A stretch of 64,000 bases of DNA from a virus. Below, in pieces: positions 9,280 to 18,147 of this stretch. Location: IMG/VR virus record IMGVR_UViG_3300048790_000078, positions 22,260 to 86,259 of that record; one strand, written 5' to 3'. Every line of letters starts with the position of its first letter. The first letter of the stretch is position 1. The notes under the pieces were generated by a model. The model saw only the letters and a list, made by a program, of their open reading frames with translations. It had not been told where the DNA came from and ran no database searches. The position numbers and the translations under genes were made by a program.

Positions 9280-9924
9280 CTACCACTGCCCCTTATCGTC
9301 AGCGGGGCAAGACGCCATTTTAACGATTTGCACGTTCGTCTGGTTGATCTGCTGGTTCAGCGTCCGCGCGTCCACATTCACGCTCATCCCCTCCACGAAG
9401 CCCATCATCCGGCCGATCTGGTATTCGAGCGCACTCATCTCCTTCAGCAAGGCATTGTCCTGCCGGAGCTCGGGAACCGCGGTCTTGCCGACCATCCGCA
9501 TCTCGATCACCACGAAGCCGGTTGTGATCCCCGGCAGCTTGCGCAAGTTCGGCATCTCGCCCTGTTTGGCGCCTGTCAGCCGGCGGACCATCTCGTTGGC
9601 CGGATCCGAGTAGTTCGCGATCCTGTCGTCGCGGATCTGGCAGAGCGCCTTCCACCGGTTGTACTTCTCGCGGACCTGGCCGTCCTTGTGCGCGATCGCA
9701 ATCTCGGTGTTCGTGATGTCCGCTTCACCCCGAAGGCGCCGCGCGACGTCCGTCTGGAGTTCTGCAATTCTGGCAACAATTGCAGTCTTTTGTTGCAATT
9801 TCCAGGCACTTGCATGGGCAGCGTTGGCGCTGAACCCGGCAGCTATGTATGATTCTGCTGGAGTTAGCCCTTTTGCAATCCCGTTGCAAAAAAGCTCGTG
9901 ACGTTGCTTTTCAAGTACAGGCAC
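9280..9924 (-). CDS. terS: Terminase small subunit
   Basis: MPVLEKQRHELFCNGIAKGLTPAESYIAAGF...AWKLQQKTAIVARIAELQ, a TerS-type HTH N-terminus. Confidence 0.78.
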   Translation of the reverse strand: MPVLEKQRHELFCNGIAKGLTPAESYIAAGFSANAAHASAWKLQQKTAIVARIAELQTDVARRLRGEADITNTEIAIAHKDGQVREKYNRWKALCQIRDDRIANYSDPANEMVRRLTGAKQGEMPNLRKLPGITTGFVVIEMRMVGKTAVPELRQDNALLKEMSALEYQIGRMMGFVEGMSVNVDARTLNQQINQTNVQIVKMASCPADDKGQW

Positions 9925-9986
9925 GTCACCAGATTACCCTGGAGCGGTTTCTGGCGCATCGTCCATGCCGCATCCCTGACCGAAAA

Positions 9987-10319
9987 TCAGTCCGTACTAA
10001 CGCGATAGAAATACCGCGCGGTCACTGCCGCCCATGGCGCCGCGGCCTTGAATTCGGCCTTTGTGATCTGGCAAAGGATGTAGAACGGCTGGCTCTCGAA
10101 CGTGTAGGTACGCCGGCCGTCCGAGACCTGAAACTCCACCAGATAGACCTCCTGGCGCGCGTATATCGCGGATCGTTTGCGGTTACGTGGCGAGCCCACC
10201 ATCGACTGCAAGAGTTTCTGGTTGCTGGTGCATACCAGATACGGCATCCGGTTGAGGATCTCGATGGCCTTCTCGCGCGACATTTGCGGCGAGAGGGCTG
10301 TGGCTGCGGCGGCGCTCAT
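9987..10319 (-). CDS. Hypothetical protein
   Basis: ORF in the minus-strand operon. Confidence 0.55.
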   Translation of the reverse strand: MSAAAATALSPQMSREKAIEILNRMPYLVCTSNQKLLQSMVGSPRNRKRSAIYARQEVYLVEFQVSDGRRTYTFESQPFYILCQITKAEFKAAAPWAAVTARYFYRVSTD

Positions 10320-10328
10320 GCGTTCAGG

Positions 10329-10553
10329 TTAGCCGAAGAACTTGTCCAGTGTTTCGCCATCGGACACCTCTTTCTTCGTTTTCGGCCGGCGTCGCACTTC
10401 CAGACCGATATCCGGCACTGCTTCGGCGAGCACGGCCCACGTATTGCCGACCTTGATGCCGCGGAGCTTTCCTTGTCGGAGAAGACGCTTTATCGACTCC
10501 GTGGTCTTGCCTACGTTCCGGGCCGCCACGGTGATGCTGACGTAGTCAGGCAC
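10329..10553 (-). CDS. Excisionase/MerR-like HTH (HTH_17) protein
   Basis: YVSITVAARNVGKTTESIKRLLRQGKLRGIKVGNTWAV. Confidence 0.75.
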   Translation of the reverse strand: MPDYVSITVAARNVGKTTESIKRLLRQGKLRGIKVGNTWAVLAEAVPDIGLEVRRRPKTKKEVSDGETLDKFFG

Positions 10554-10696
10554 TGATCCGCGCTCCACTGAATACCGCCACGCGCTTAGAGGCATTGCAC
10601 AAAACAACAGTACATCACTATTTAGCGCCTTGCCGCAACAAAACATTCCAGGTTACACTCGGACTTGGACAACGAATCGAGAGGAGGGCCACCAAC

Positions 10697-10948
10697 GTGC
10701 AGGATCAAAACCGCGATATGCAAATCCATCCTTCCGTCCAGCCGTCCACCCCGCGATACGTTGTTCGAGTGTCGCGGGTGTTGACGTGCGCCTCCGATCG
10801 CGGCACGGTGCAGATCCTGTCTCAGCCGTCGCCGACAGCTGAGCGCGAGCTCACCATCCAGCACGAGGACTTCGCTACCTGCCGGAAGTGCTTCGGTGAA
10901 GCGGGTCACCACCTCGACTCTTGCCCGGCGGTGCTGCAATGCCTGTGA
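10697..10948 (+). CDS. Hypothetical Zn-finger protein
   Basis: GGAGG RBS then GTG; CRKC...H...C motif. Confidence 0.5.
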   Translation: MQDQNRDMQIHPSVQPSTPRYVVRVSRVLTCASDRGTVQILSQPSPTAERELTIQHEDFATCRKCFGEAGHHLDSCPAVLQCL

Positions 10949-11214
10949 AACCGGCCTGTACGACAGCCGAGCGGGTTTACGGGCCTTGCGCTTCCGGTGG
11001 CGGCGTCGAGGGCGCTCACTCCACCCCACCGGTCGCGCACGTTGTGGATGGGCACGCGTTCTGTCCTCAGTGCTGTCCGAACTGCGCCGCGCGGCCTTAA
11101 ACCTGCCGCACCAGAATCGCTGAGTTCCTTCAAAGGGCCGGGAACCGGCCTTCGGGCGCTAACGTGGGCGTTGTAATGCCGTGCGTGGCCTGAGAAGCAA
11201 GATGATTTGCGTGT

Positions 11215-11853
11215 TCACTCCGTCATTTGTTGGCTTCGGACAAATACCGCCGAATAATGCGTCATCTGCTGTGCCCATCCGCAGTGGTAGCAGGTCCAGT
11301 TTGAGATCCGGTACCCGCGGAGCCCCGCCAGCTTCTCCATCTGGAACCGGCATACCTCGGCATACCGCCTATGCAGGTGATCGTTACCGAAGTGGTCCAC
11401 GGCGCCTGTCTTTTGCAGCGATTTAGATTCCCAGCCTGATTTCCCGCAGAGATACTGCCGCAGCCCATCGGTAACCACCATGGCGAGGATCGGCGGAAAG
11501 GCCCGCGACGACGTGAAGAAGCCTTCGAGAAGAGGATTCGGATCACCCCATGGATCCACGTCGACGAAGTTGACCTGCAGGTGGGCCCCGGCGCCCTTTG
11601 CCACCGCGGCGACGCTGTCAGCCCGATAGACGGCCCAGCCCGGCCGCTGCTTTGCCAGCGCTTCGCACTTTTCCGGATCCTTCTCGATCACCACGCCGCT
11701 CTCCACGTCGCTGTAGCAGGCCTTCCAGATCTCTCCGAAGCCTCCGTTCGTCTCCATCACCACCGGACGCACCGGAAGCGCCCGGAGCGCGGCACGCCGC
11801 AGGTTCACTTTGAGCAGGATGGTCGCGTTGTCTTTTTTTGGCGCGGTCGGCAT
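11215..11853 (-). CDS. SAM-dependent methyltransferase-like protein
   Basis: VMETNGGFG (motif I-like), VIEKD, VDVDPWG (DxDPYG-like); coupled to a ParB gene. Confidence 0.6.
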   Translation of the reverse strand: MPTAPKKDNATILLKVNLRRAALRALPVRPVVMETNGGFGEIWKACYSDVESGVVIEKDPEKCEALAKQRPGWAVYRADSVAAVAKGAGAHLQVNFVDVDPWGDPNPLLEGFFTSSRAFPPILAMVVTDGLRQYLCGKSGWESKSLQKTGAVDHFGNDHLHRRYAEVCRFQMEKLAGLRGYRISNWTCYHCGWAQQMTHYSAVFVRSQQMTE

Positions 11854-12501
11854 TACTGGAGGCTGATCCCGCCAACCTCGGCGTTCTTCGCTCGGATGTA
11901 GGCCTGGCAGATCTCCATCACCGCCGCCGCCCTGGTCGACTGCCCGGCCAACCTGATGGCTTCCTCGAACGCTGCCAGCGATTGCATGTACACCACCACA
12001 TGCAGCATTTTATCCCGATCCGCGTTCCTCGAAGCATGCCCCGGGCCGGCGGCCGGGCCCCCAGCCGCGCCAGCGATCATCTCCCCGAGCTCCTCTGGGT
12101 CGAAGCCGGTTAACGACAAATCAAAGCCGATTTCACTCAGATCCGCCATTTCGCCGGCGAGCAGGCCGACGTCGAACTCTGCTTCGGAGTGGGATCGGTT
12201 TTCCATTATCCGAAGCCCACGGATCTTCTCCGGCGACAGCCCGCGCGCGACGTGCACCGGCACGGTCTTCAGCCCCAGCTTGATCGAAGCCAGCCTTCTG
12301 ACGTGCCCGATGACTATAACCCCGCTTTCCTCGACAACGATCGGCTGCACGAACCCGTAGGCCTGAATGCTGGCGGCCACCTTGTCGATTGCCGATTGCG
12401 GTATCACCCGCGCATTTTTCTTGTACGGGCGTTAGACGTTCGATCTCCCAGATCTCGATGGACAGATCGGCGGATGGGGACGGCGGGCGCGCGGCTGACA
12501 T
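11853..12501 (-). CDS. ParB/Srx N-terminal domain protein, apparent +1 frameshift near 12426
   Basis: IEIWEIERLTP|YKKNARVIPQSAIDKVAASIQAYGFVQPIVV...GHVRRLA is split across two frames at ACG CCC G TAC. Confidence 0.8.
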
Positions 12502-12687
12502 TCGACTTCCAGTATGTCCTGGTGATCATAGACGGCGCAAACCTGGAGGGTTCCAAAGTCTTCCATTGGGCGGGTTTTCCAATGGCGCGATGGCGGGTTA
12601 CCAAAGCAGGCCAGTTTCTACAAGCATAGGAGCCAATCCGTAGACGTACCGGCTCAAACCCACGCCAATTCACCTGTCGGACGGCTC

Positions 12688-12974
12688 CAAACCTATCAAA
12701 ACAAAGGGTTTACTGGAGTCCAAAATAAGGCTCTCAAGTCACTCATTCTAAAGGGTTTAGAGATTTCCACAGTTTCGGCTAGTTTTCCACATTTCGGGCG
12801 GAATTGTGCACAGGAAATCCACAGTCAGCAGGCTGAAAATCGCTTCTAAGTAACTCAAAACAAAGCGTTTAACAAAACTTGTGGATAACTCAGAATTCTA
12901 CAGCCAGGGCGGTTTTCATCCTCGGTTTCAGGGTATTCTATAAGAGTAGTAAGTAATACAAAACAAACGGGTTA
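12688..12974 (+). repeat. Four degenerate 25-bp direct repeats (12688-12712, 12735-12759, 12847-12871, 12950-12974)
   Basis: CAAACCTATCAAAACAAAGGGTTTA / CAAGTCACTCATTCTAAAGGGTTTA / TAAGTAACTCAAAACAAAGCGTTTA / TAAGTAATACAAAACAAACGGGTTA. Confidence 0.8.
12763..12888. promoter_or_regulatory. Cluster of five DnaA-box-like 9-mers
   Basis: ATTTCCACA 12763, TTTTCCACA 12783, TTGTGCACA 12804, AAATCCACA 12815, and perfect TTATCCACA on the minus strand at 12880-12888. Confidence 0.65.
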
Positions 12975-13427
12975 CGACACGCGGCGCGGCTTTTTTTGCG
13001 CGTCGGGACGGCCAGGACGGCGTCTAGTGACTCCTCGGCAATTTGATCTTTCACAATTCGACAACCAAAGCGAGACTAGGCGCATACGCGTCCTGTGGTC
13101 GCGGAAACCATTTCAACGGGTTTTAGATGTTGACGGGGAGAATATCTCACTAACCTATCGTCATAAGTCCTGGCAGTCTCCAGGCTGGCGAGCAGGGCCC
13201 TGGATTAGAGAACACCCAAACCAACAGAATCTCAGTCCCAAGACTTTGCGGACGTCCTGAGAGATTGTTTCCTGCCCTGGGAAGTGACCAACTGTAAAGA
13301 GCGTATTTGAGCCTAACAAGGGCGTATATAGGGTAGTTTCCCAAGCGGGAGATATCGGGCGGATTCTTCGTTCGGTCCTACAGACTATAGCCTGGCACGC
13401 GTCGCGCGGGTTTGTCGAGACAGATAT

Positions 13428-13456
13428 TTGACAACTAAATAGAGCTCTGAAATCAT
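13428..13456 (+). promoter_or_regulatory. Candidate sigma70 promoter for the early operon
   Basis: TTGACA-17 bp-AATCAT with an extended TG. Confidence 0.35.
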
Positions 13457-13875
13457 GGACTTAGAACGTATGAGTGCTTTTTGTCGCGGTTTGACAGAAT
13501 GACAAGGCGGCGACTCCATGAGGCGAGCAAACCTTCAAATCAGCGTATAGGCGAGAGCCTTTTGATTCCGACGAAATGATGTATCCCTCGCGGGTGTTTT
13601 CGGTTATGTTGCGAGCATTGAGAGACAGGAAAAGTTTACTCCCAATAGCCAATAGCCGGAGCCTTCATAGTTGCGTCAACAGTAATCAGCGCGAGATTTG
13701 ACGGCCGGTTGAGAGCCGGTCGAAATGTTCCAGGGCGGACGCATAAGGCGAAAGGCATCGCAGCGTCCAAACTGGAAAATGATCCGAGAAATTGCTACCT
13801 CCCCGTGGTTCGGATCGTAAACGTCAGCCGCGCGGCTTGACGGCCAAATGCAAACCCTCCCGAAAGGCAAAATCC

Positions 13876-14004
13876 ATGAAACGAAATATCGCAATAGCTA
13901 TGCAAGCCCGTGCTGCCAAAATCATCCGCCTGAATCAGATGCGGCGCAATTCCCGTGTAATCTCCAAGCATTCGGTCGTGCCAGCGACCCACGGAAAAGC
14001 GTAG
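13876..14004 (+). CDS. Small basic early protein
   Basis: GAAAGG RBS; TAG stop lies inside the octamer. Confidence 0.55.
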   Translation: MKRNIAIAMQARAAKIIRLNQMRRNSRVISKHSVVPATHGKA

Positions 14005-14139
14005 ACGCGCCATGCGGGCCGGATGGCCGGTCCGCTTTCAAATGTCCATCAAAACACCAGCTTCCCCGCAGCGATGGACGGGCAACGGAGCGTAGACGTT
14101 CCGGCAATGGTGAACCTTCCCGAAAGTGAACAAACGAAC

Positions 14140-14610
14140 ATGAAAACGACTGACCTGCAGTTCAAGAATGAAACCTCAGACAAGACCTATACCGTCGCGA
14201 TCGACGGCCTGGAGGTGCTCTACATCTTCGGCAAGCGCGAAGGAACGAAGACGACCATGTTCCAGATCGCGGATGACAAGGCGGAAGCCCGCCAGCTCCA
14301 TGACGATTGCGTCAAAGGCCTGCTGAAGAAAGGCTACACGCTGGCGGCCGGTTCGGTGGCGCCGAAGACTCCGACCGATATCGCGGAGTTCCGGCGGGCC
14401 GCGGCTCTGAAAGCATGGGCGACCATGCGCGCCAACGGCATCAAGCCGGCGGAAGCGAAAGTGAAACGCTCGGAACCCATGACGGCGGAGGAACGCTCGG
14501 ACGCAGCGAAGCGCGCCTGGATCACCATTCGGGCGAATCGCGAAGCGGCTGCCAAAGCGGTCAAGGCCGAGGCGCGCGCGGCGAAGAAGCTCGCGAAGGT
14601 CGCGGCGTAG
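14140..14610 (+). CDS. WGR-like domain protein with two AAxxAWxTxR helical repeats
   Basis: SDKTYTV...YIFGKREG...LLKKGY then RRAAALKAWATMRAN / RSDAAKRAWITIRAN. Confidence 0.7.
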   Translation: MKTTDLQFKNETSDKTYTVAIDGLEVLYIFGKREGTKTTMFQIADDKAEARQLHDDCVKGLLKKGYTLAAGSVAPKTPTDIAEFRRAAALKAWATMRANGIKPAEAKVKRSEPMTAEERSDAAKRAWITIRANREAAAKAVKAEARAAKKLAKVAA

Positions 14611-14630
14611 ACGTTTCGATCCTGTAGTGC

Positions 14631-14659
14631 CCGGGCGGTGAGTTTACCCGCCCGGTTTT
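14631..14659 (+). terminator. Intrinsic terminator-like hairpin
   Basis: CCGGGCGG...CCGCCCGG followed by TTTT. Confidence 0.6.
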
Positions 14660-14745
14660 CCAATGCCTGCAAAATCGCAGCCTTCCCGTGGCGCAGGTGA
14701 TCTGTTACCAATGCGAAACCTTCCGAAAGTGAGATCCATCCATCC

Positions 14746-14955
14746 ATGACCGCTTCAATGAAATCCCGCGCGGATCGCGCGACCATCGACCTGATTCGCA
14801 TGTCGGCGAGCAAGCTCGTAGACGACACGAAAATTCATCTGGTGACACCGCTTCGCCCGCCCATGAAGCCGGCGACGGCCACCATCGGCGAATGCCTGGC
14901 GTTTGCCGGCCGCCTGGGGCAGTTCTCCAGCGTCACGATTCAGGCGGTGCGCTGA
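14746..14955 (+). CDS. Hypothetical protein
   Basis: CCGAAAG leader motif; part of the operon. Confidence 0.6.
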   Translation: MTASMKSRADRATIDLIRMSASKLVDDTKIHLVTPLRPPMKPATATIGECLAFAGRLGQFSSVTIQAVR

Positions 14956-14956
14956 C

Positions 14957-15322
14957 ATGGCGATTTCCTCCTTCCGCTCCGAAAGCATTATCGAACTCCT
15001 GCAGTATGAGGGGATCAAGAACGAACGGGACTTCGCCAACTGGTGCGCGGAGCGCCGGCAAAAAGGCGAGTCCCGCTTCTCGACTCTGAAGCGGATCTTC
15101 GGCGAGGTCAACGCTCACCGGATCATGCGCGTGGTCGAGGTCGCAAGCTGGAAGCTCGTAGACGTTCGCAAGAAGCGCGCGGCGATCAAGCGTACTGCCA
15201 GAACCATAGCGGCCACGCGGCGCGACCTGAAGGGCATCCGGCGCCAACTGATTCCGGCCGATGAGCGGTTGGATCTCAACCTGGTCGATTACTACTACAC
15301 CCGCGAAATGGGCGGAGCGTAG
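14957..15322 (+). CDS. Hypothetical basic protein
   Basis: Coupled ORF. Confidence 0.65.
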   Translation: MAISSFRSESIIELLQYEGIKNERDFANWCAERRQKGESRFSTLKRIFGEVNAHRIMRVVEVASWKLVDVRKKRAAIKRTARTIAATRRDLKGIRRQLIPADERLDLNLVDYYYTREMGGA

Positions 15323-15327
15323 ACGTC

Positions 15328-15669
15328 ATGGCGATGCGTCCTTCGATCCGGCGGGAACTCAACAAAGCCCGCGAGCTGCTGCGCTTCATGCTGCGCGGCC
15401 AGCGCTGCTACTTCTGTCATGGCCCGCTCATCGAACCGGAGAAAGTGGTCCGGGACGGTGACGGGACGGCCGAACCGCTGGCCTTGGCGGTAACGATCCA
15501 TCACAAATCGGGTGACCACTCAGATAACAGCGCGGGCAATACCGTGCTGAGTCACTTCTCATGCCACAAAAGCCACCATGCAAAGCACATGGTCCGGGCC
15601 GGTGGCAAGTTCCACAAGCAGGGCGCGGCTGTTCTCGTAGACGCGCCAAAACGGAGGAAAGCAGCATGA
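15328..15669 (+). CDS. HNH-like Zn-binding nuclease
   Basis: CYFC...TIHHKSGDHSDNSAGNTVLSHFSCHKSHH. Confidence 0.7.
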   Translation: MAMRPSIRRELNKARELLRFMLRGQRCYFCHGPLIEPEKVVRDGDGTAEPLALAVTIHHKSGDHSDNSAGNTVLSHFSCHKSHHAKHMVRAGGKFHKQGAAVLVDAPKRRKAA

Positions 15670-16022
15670 CGAAACCATGGGAATGCCCGCTCTGCTTCTG
15701 CGAAGGGAAGCACGCCGATAGGTGTGAGGCTGGACACCTGACGAAACCTCCGGCCGCACCGACCGTTCACATGAACGGTACAGGCTGGAAGGATCTTTAC
15801 AGTCAGATGGAGGATGCCGCACAGGCGCTCAGCGCAGCAATCGTTACGATGCGCGCAGCCTGCCCGAATGGCCGGGACTACTATGTACAGTCCCCCGGCG
15901 CCACGGAGATCGCGCAGAACGAACACTGGGAACGCATCCGTAAAATCATGGCCGTCAAAACTGAGCTCGAACTGGTATGGATGGCGATCTCGGATCAGGA
16001 ACCGAAACGGAGGACAACGTAG
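15666..16022 (+). CDS. Hypothetical protein
   Basis: GGAGG RBS; PTVHMNGT...PNGRDYY. Confidence 0.65.
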   Translation: MTKPWECPLCFCEGKHADRCEAGHLTKPPAAPTVHMNGTGWKDLYSQMEDAAQALSAAIVTMRAACPNGRDYYVQSPGATEIAQNEHWERIRKIMAVKTELELVWMAISDQEPKRRTT

Positions 16023-16026
16023 ACGC

Positions 16027-16218
16027 ATGAACTTCACGCTCACCCTGAACCTGAATCCCGGCACCACGTATGCCGAAATCCAGCGGCAAGTGTTCATCGC
16101 AGCAAGCAAGCTGCCGGTGGATTCGAGCAAGCCGGGCGGCAAAGAAGAGATCCACTTCTTCTGGCCGGGCCGCGACGGAGCCGAAGACGTATCCGGCCAG
16201 TGGGTAATCGACAAGTGA
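16027..16218 (+). CDS. Hypothetical protein
   Basis: GGAGG RBS. Confidence 0.55.
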   Translation: MNFTLTLNLNPGTTYAEIQRQVFIAASKLPVDSSKPGGKEEIHFFWPGRDGAEDVSGQWVIDK

Positions 16219-16643
16219 AAACCCCGCGCATCATCTCTATTCGCCAGCCTTGGGCATGGGCGATAACCTCGGGCGATATCCCTGCGGACCTGCGGAAGGA
16301 TTTGGAGAACCGCAACTGGAAAACGAACTACCGCGGGCCGCTTCTGGTCCATGCCAGCCTGAAACCGGATCGGCGTATCCCCGAAGTGGTATCGTTTCTC
16401 GAAATGGCAACGGGCCTTGAACTGCCGGCGCCCGCGGATCTCCCGCTCGGCGGCATCGTTGGGCGGACCAATCTCGTAGACGTTGTGAGCAAATCGAAGT
16501 CGCACTGGTTCTTTGGCCGGTACGGCTTCGTTCTGCGCGACTCGAAACCTCTGCCGTTCATCCCCTGCAAAGGGCAGCTCGGCATCTATTACCCCGACAG
16601 CGAACTGCTGGTCGCACTTCGCAAGAAAGGAATCATCCGATGA
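16215..16643 (+). CDS. ASCH domain protein
   Basis: ISIRQPWAWAI...KDLENRNWKTNYRGPLLVHAS...PCKGQLG. Confidence 0.9.
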   Translation: MKTPRIISIRQPWAWAITSGDIPADLRKDLENRNWKTNYRGPLLVHASLKPDRRIPEVVSFLEMATGLELPAPADLPLGGIVGRTNLVDVVSKSKSHWFFGRYGFVLRDSKPLPFIPCKGQLGIYYPDSELLVALRKKGIIR

Positions 16644-16864
16644 CATCGCAAATGCCGGCGCTTCCAACCGATCTGCCGCTGTTCGCTGAGCCGGAATGTC
16701 CCTGCGGCTTCGCGCACGCCACACTGAAGCGCCTCATGCTGCGCGAGCGCCGCACGCTGGCCGAATGCCAGGCCAGTAACCATCCGGCAGCCGAAGACAT
16801 GGCCGCTGGCGTAGACGCCCGCTGCGCGAAGCTGCAATGGCATCTGGACGGTGGCTGCGCATGA
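16640..16864 (+). CDS. Hypothetical protein
   Basis: ATGA-coupled. Confidence 0.55.
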   Translation: MTSQMPALPTDLPLFAEPECPCGFAHATLKRLMLRERRTLAECQASNHPAAEDMAAGVDARCAKLQWHLDGGCA

Positions 16865-17147
16865 GCTACCCTGTCCATCCTGCGAGCTGACGGCCCCGCT
16901 GAGGACTGGCGGGATCGTTGGGCACGTTCTGGAGTGCTTCGGATGCGGGCGCAAGGTTTGCGTCCCGGTCGGCACGCCGGTATTCGATCTGGGAACGCAG
17001 CGGATCGTAGACGCTGCGCCTCCCGTCGAGCATACCGACTTCAGCTATCTCCGCTTCACCTGGCGGAAAGGCAAGGGCACTGTACGGCGCATGGTGTCCG
17101 GTAAAGATCGCGCCGCTCAACTCGATTACCTTCTGGAGGCTGCATGA
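16851..17147 (+). CDS. Zn-ribbon protein
   Basis: CPSC...CFGC. Confidence 0.6.
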   Translation: MAAHELPCPSCELTAPLRTGGIVGHVLECFGCGRKVCVPVGTPVFDLGTQRIVDAAPPVEHTDFSYLRFTWRKGKGTVRRMVSGKDRAAQLDYLLEAA

Positions 17148-17304
17148 ACTCGTTACCGATCTGGCGCATCTTTAACTACCTCGCGAAAACATGGTACGAC
17201 CTGCCGACCGCGCGGATGGATGAATTCGACGGCTGGTATCCTCCGGCCATAAGCGCCGTCTGGAGCATGGCCAACGCTCAGGAACTCGAAAGACGGGCAA
17301 CCTC

Positions 17305-17685
17305 ATGAACCGCGCCATCGTTCCCGAACCCATCCGCCAGGTGCTCGACTCGTTCCGCCACCTAGCAAGCAATCCGCCCCTGTATCGGGCCAGCGTAGAC
17401 GCGCTCAACTTCGCCGTGATGGAGATCGCGGCCGAGGTCGGGCCGTGTCCATCGTGCGGCGCGGACAGCGGGGTGAAACCGAACCGCTTCCCGCTGAAGG
17501 TCGAATCCGAACGCGGCTCTGAATACTGCGCCGTGTGCGGTGAGCCGGCGCGGGAGTTTCCGGTTCCGGTCCCTGTCGGCATGCCTTCGGACTTTGACCC
17601 GGAAGACTACCGCATCCGCCACGCGGAAGCCCGCGCCTACTTCTGCGGACTCGGCGAATCCCCCATGGAGCGCGACCGCCGATGA
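17305..17685 (+). CDS. Zn-ribbon protein
   Basis: CPSCG...CAVCG. Confidence 0.6.
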   Translation: MNRAIVPEPIRQVLDSFRHLASNPPLYRASVDALNFAVMEIAAEVGPCPSCGADSGVKPNRFPLKVESERGSEYCAVCGEPAREFPVPVPVGMPSDFDPEDYRIRHAEARAYFCGLGESPMERDRR

Positions 17686-17897
17686 ACGCCATCGGCCGCG
17701 ATTTCCTCGTCGCAATCGTCTTGATCGCCTTCGGTATCTGCATCCTCGCCAAAGGCAAACTGTAACCCGTCAACCGAAAGGACAAACGAAATGCTCGCAC
17801 TTCTAATGTCGATCCTGCTTCCGCTGCTTCCGCCAATCGGGCCGCCCTCGCCGATCGATCCCGGTCACGGCTTGCACGCCATCGGGCCTGCGCGGCC

Positions 17898-18137
17898 ATG
17901 CGTCAACTGTCGGCACCTGCGCTAACGGACATGGAAAGCCCAACACTGTCTGCCCGCGTGGTAGTCGTCACGCCCCTGCATCCGTACTGGGGCGAAACCT
18001 GCTACATCGTCCGAAGCCGTAAAAAACCGGACTGCTTTCTCTGCGAGGTCATCGGGCAACCGAAATGCCGCGCATGGTTCGCAGAGTACGACCTGATGGA
18101 CGAACGCAATTACAACGATCTTGCCGACCGGCAATAA
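17898..18137 (+). CDS. Hypothetical (SH3/KOW-like) protein
   Basis: Beta-rich small ORF upstream of the AAA gene. Confidence 0.45.
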   Translation: MRQLSAPALTDMESPTLSARVVVVTPLHPYWGETCYIVRSRKKPDCFLCEVIGQPKCRAWFAEYDLMDERNYNDLADRQ

Positions 18138-18147
18138 AAGGAGAACC

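Noticed and set aside
13876-16022. TAG stop-codon reassignment explaining the TAG-containing octamers
   Set aside because: Only 14004 reads through into a downstream ORF. 14610 meets a TGA, 15322 and 16022 are out of frame with the next genes, and long genes have no internal TAG.
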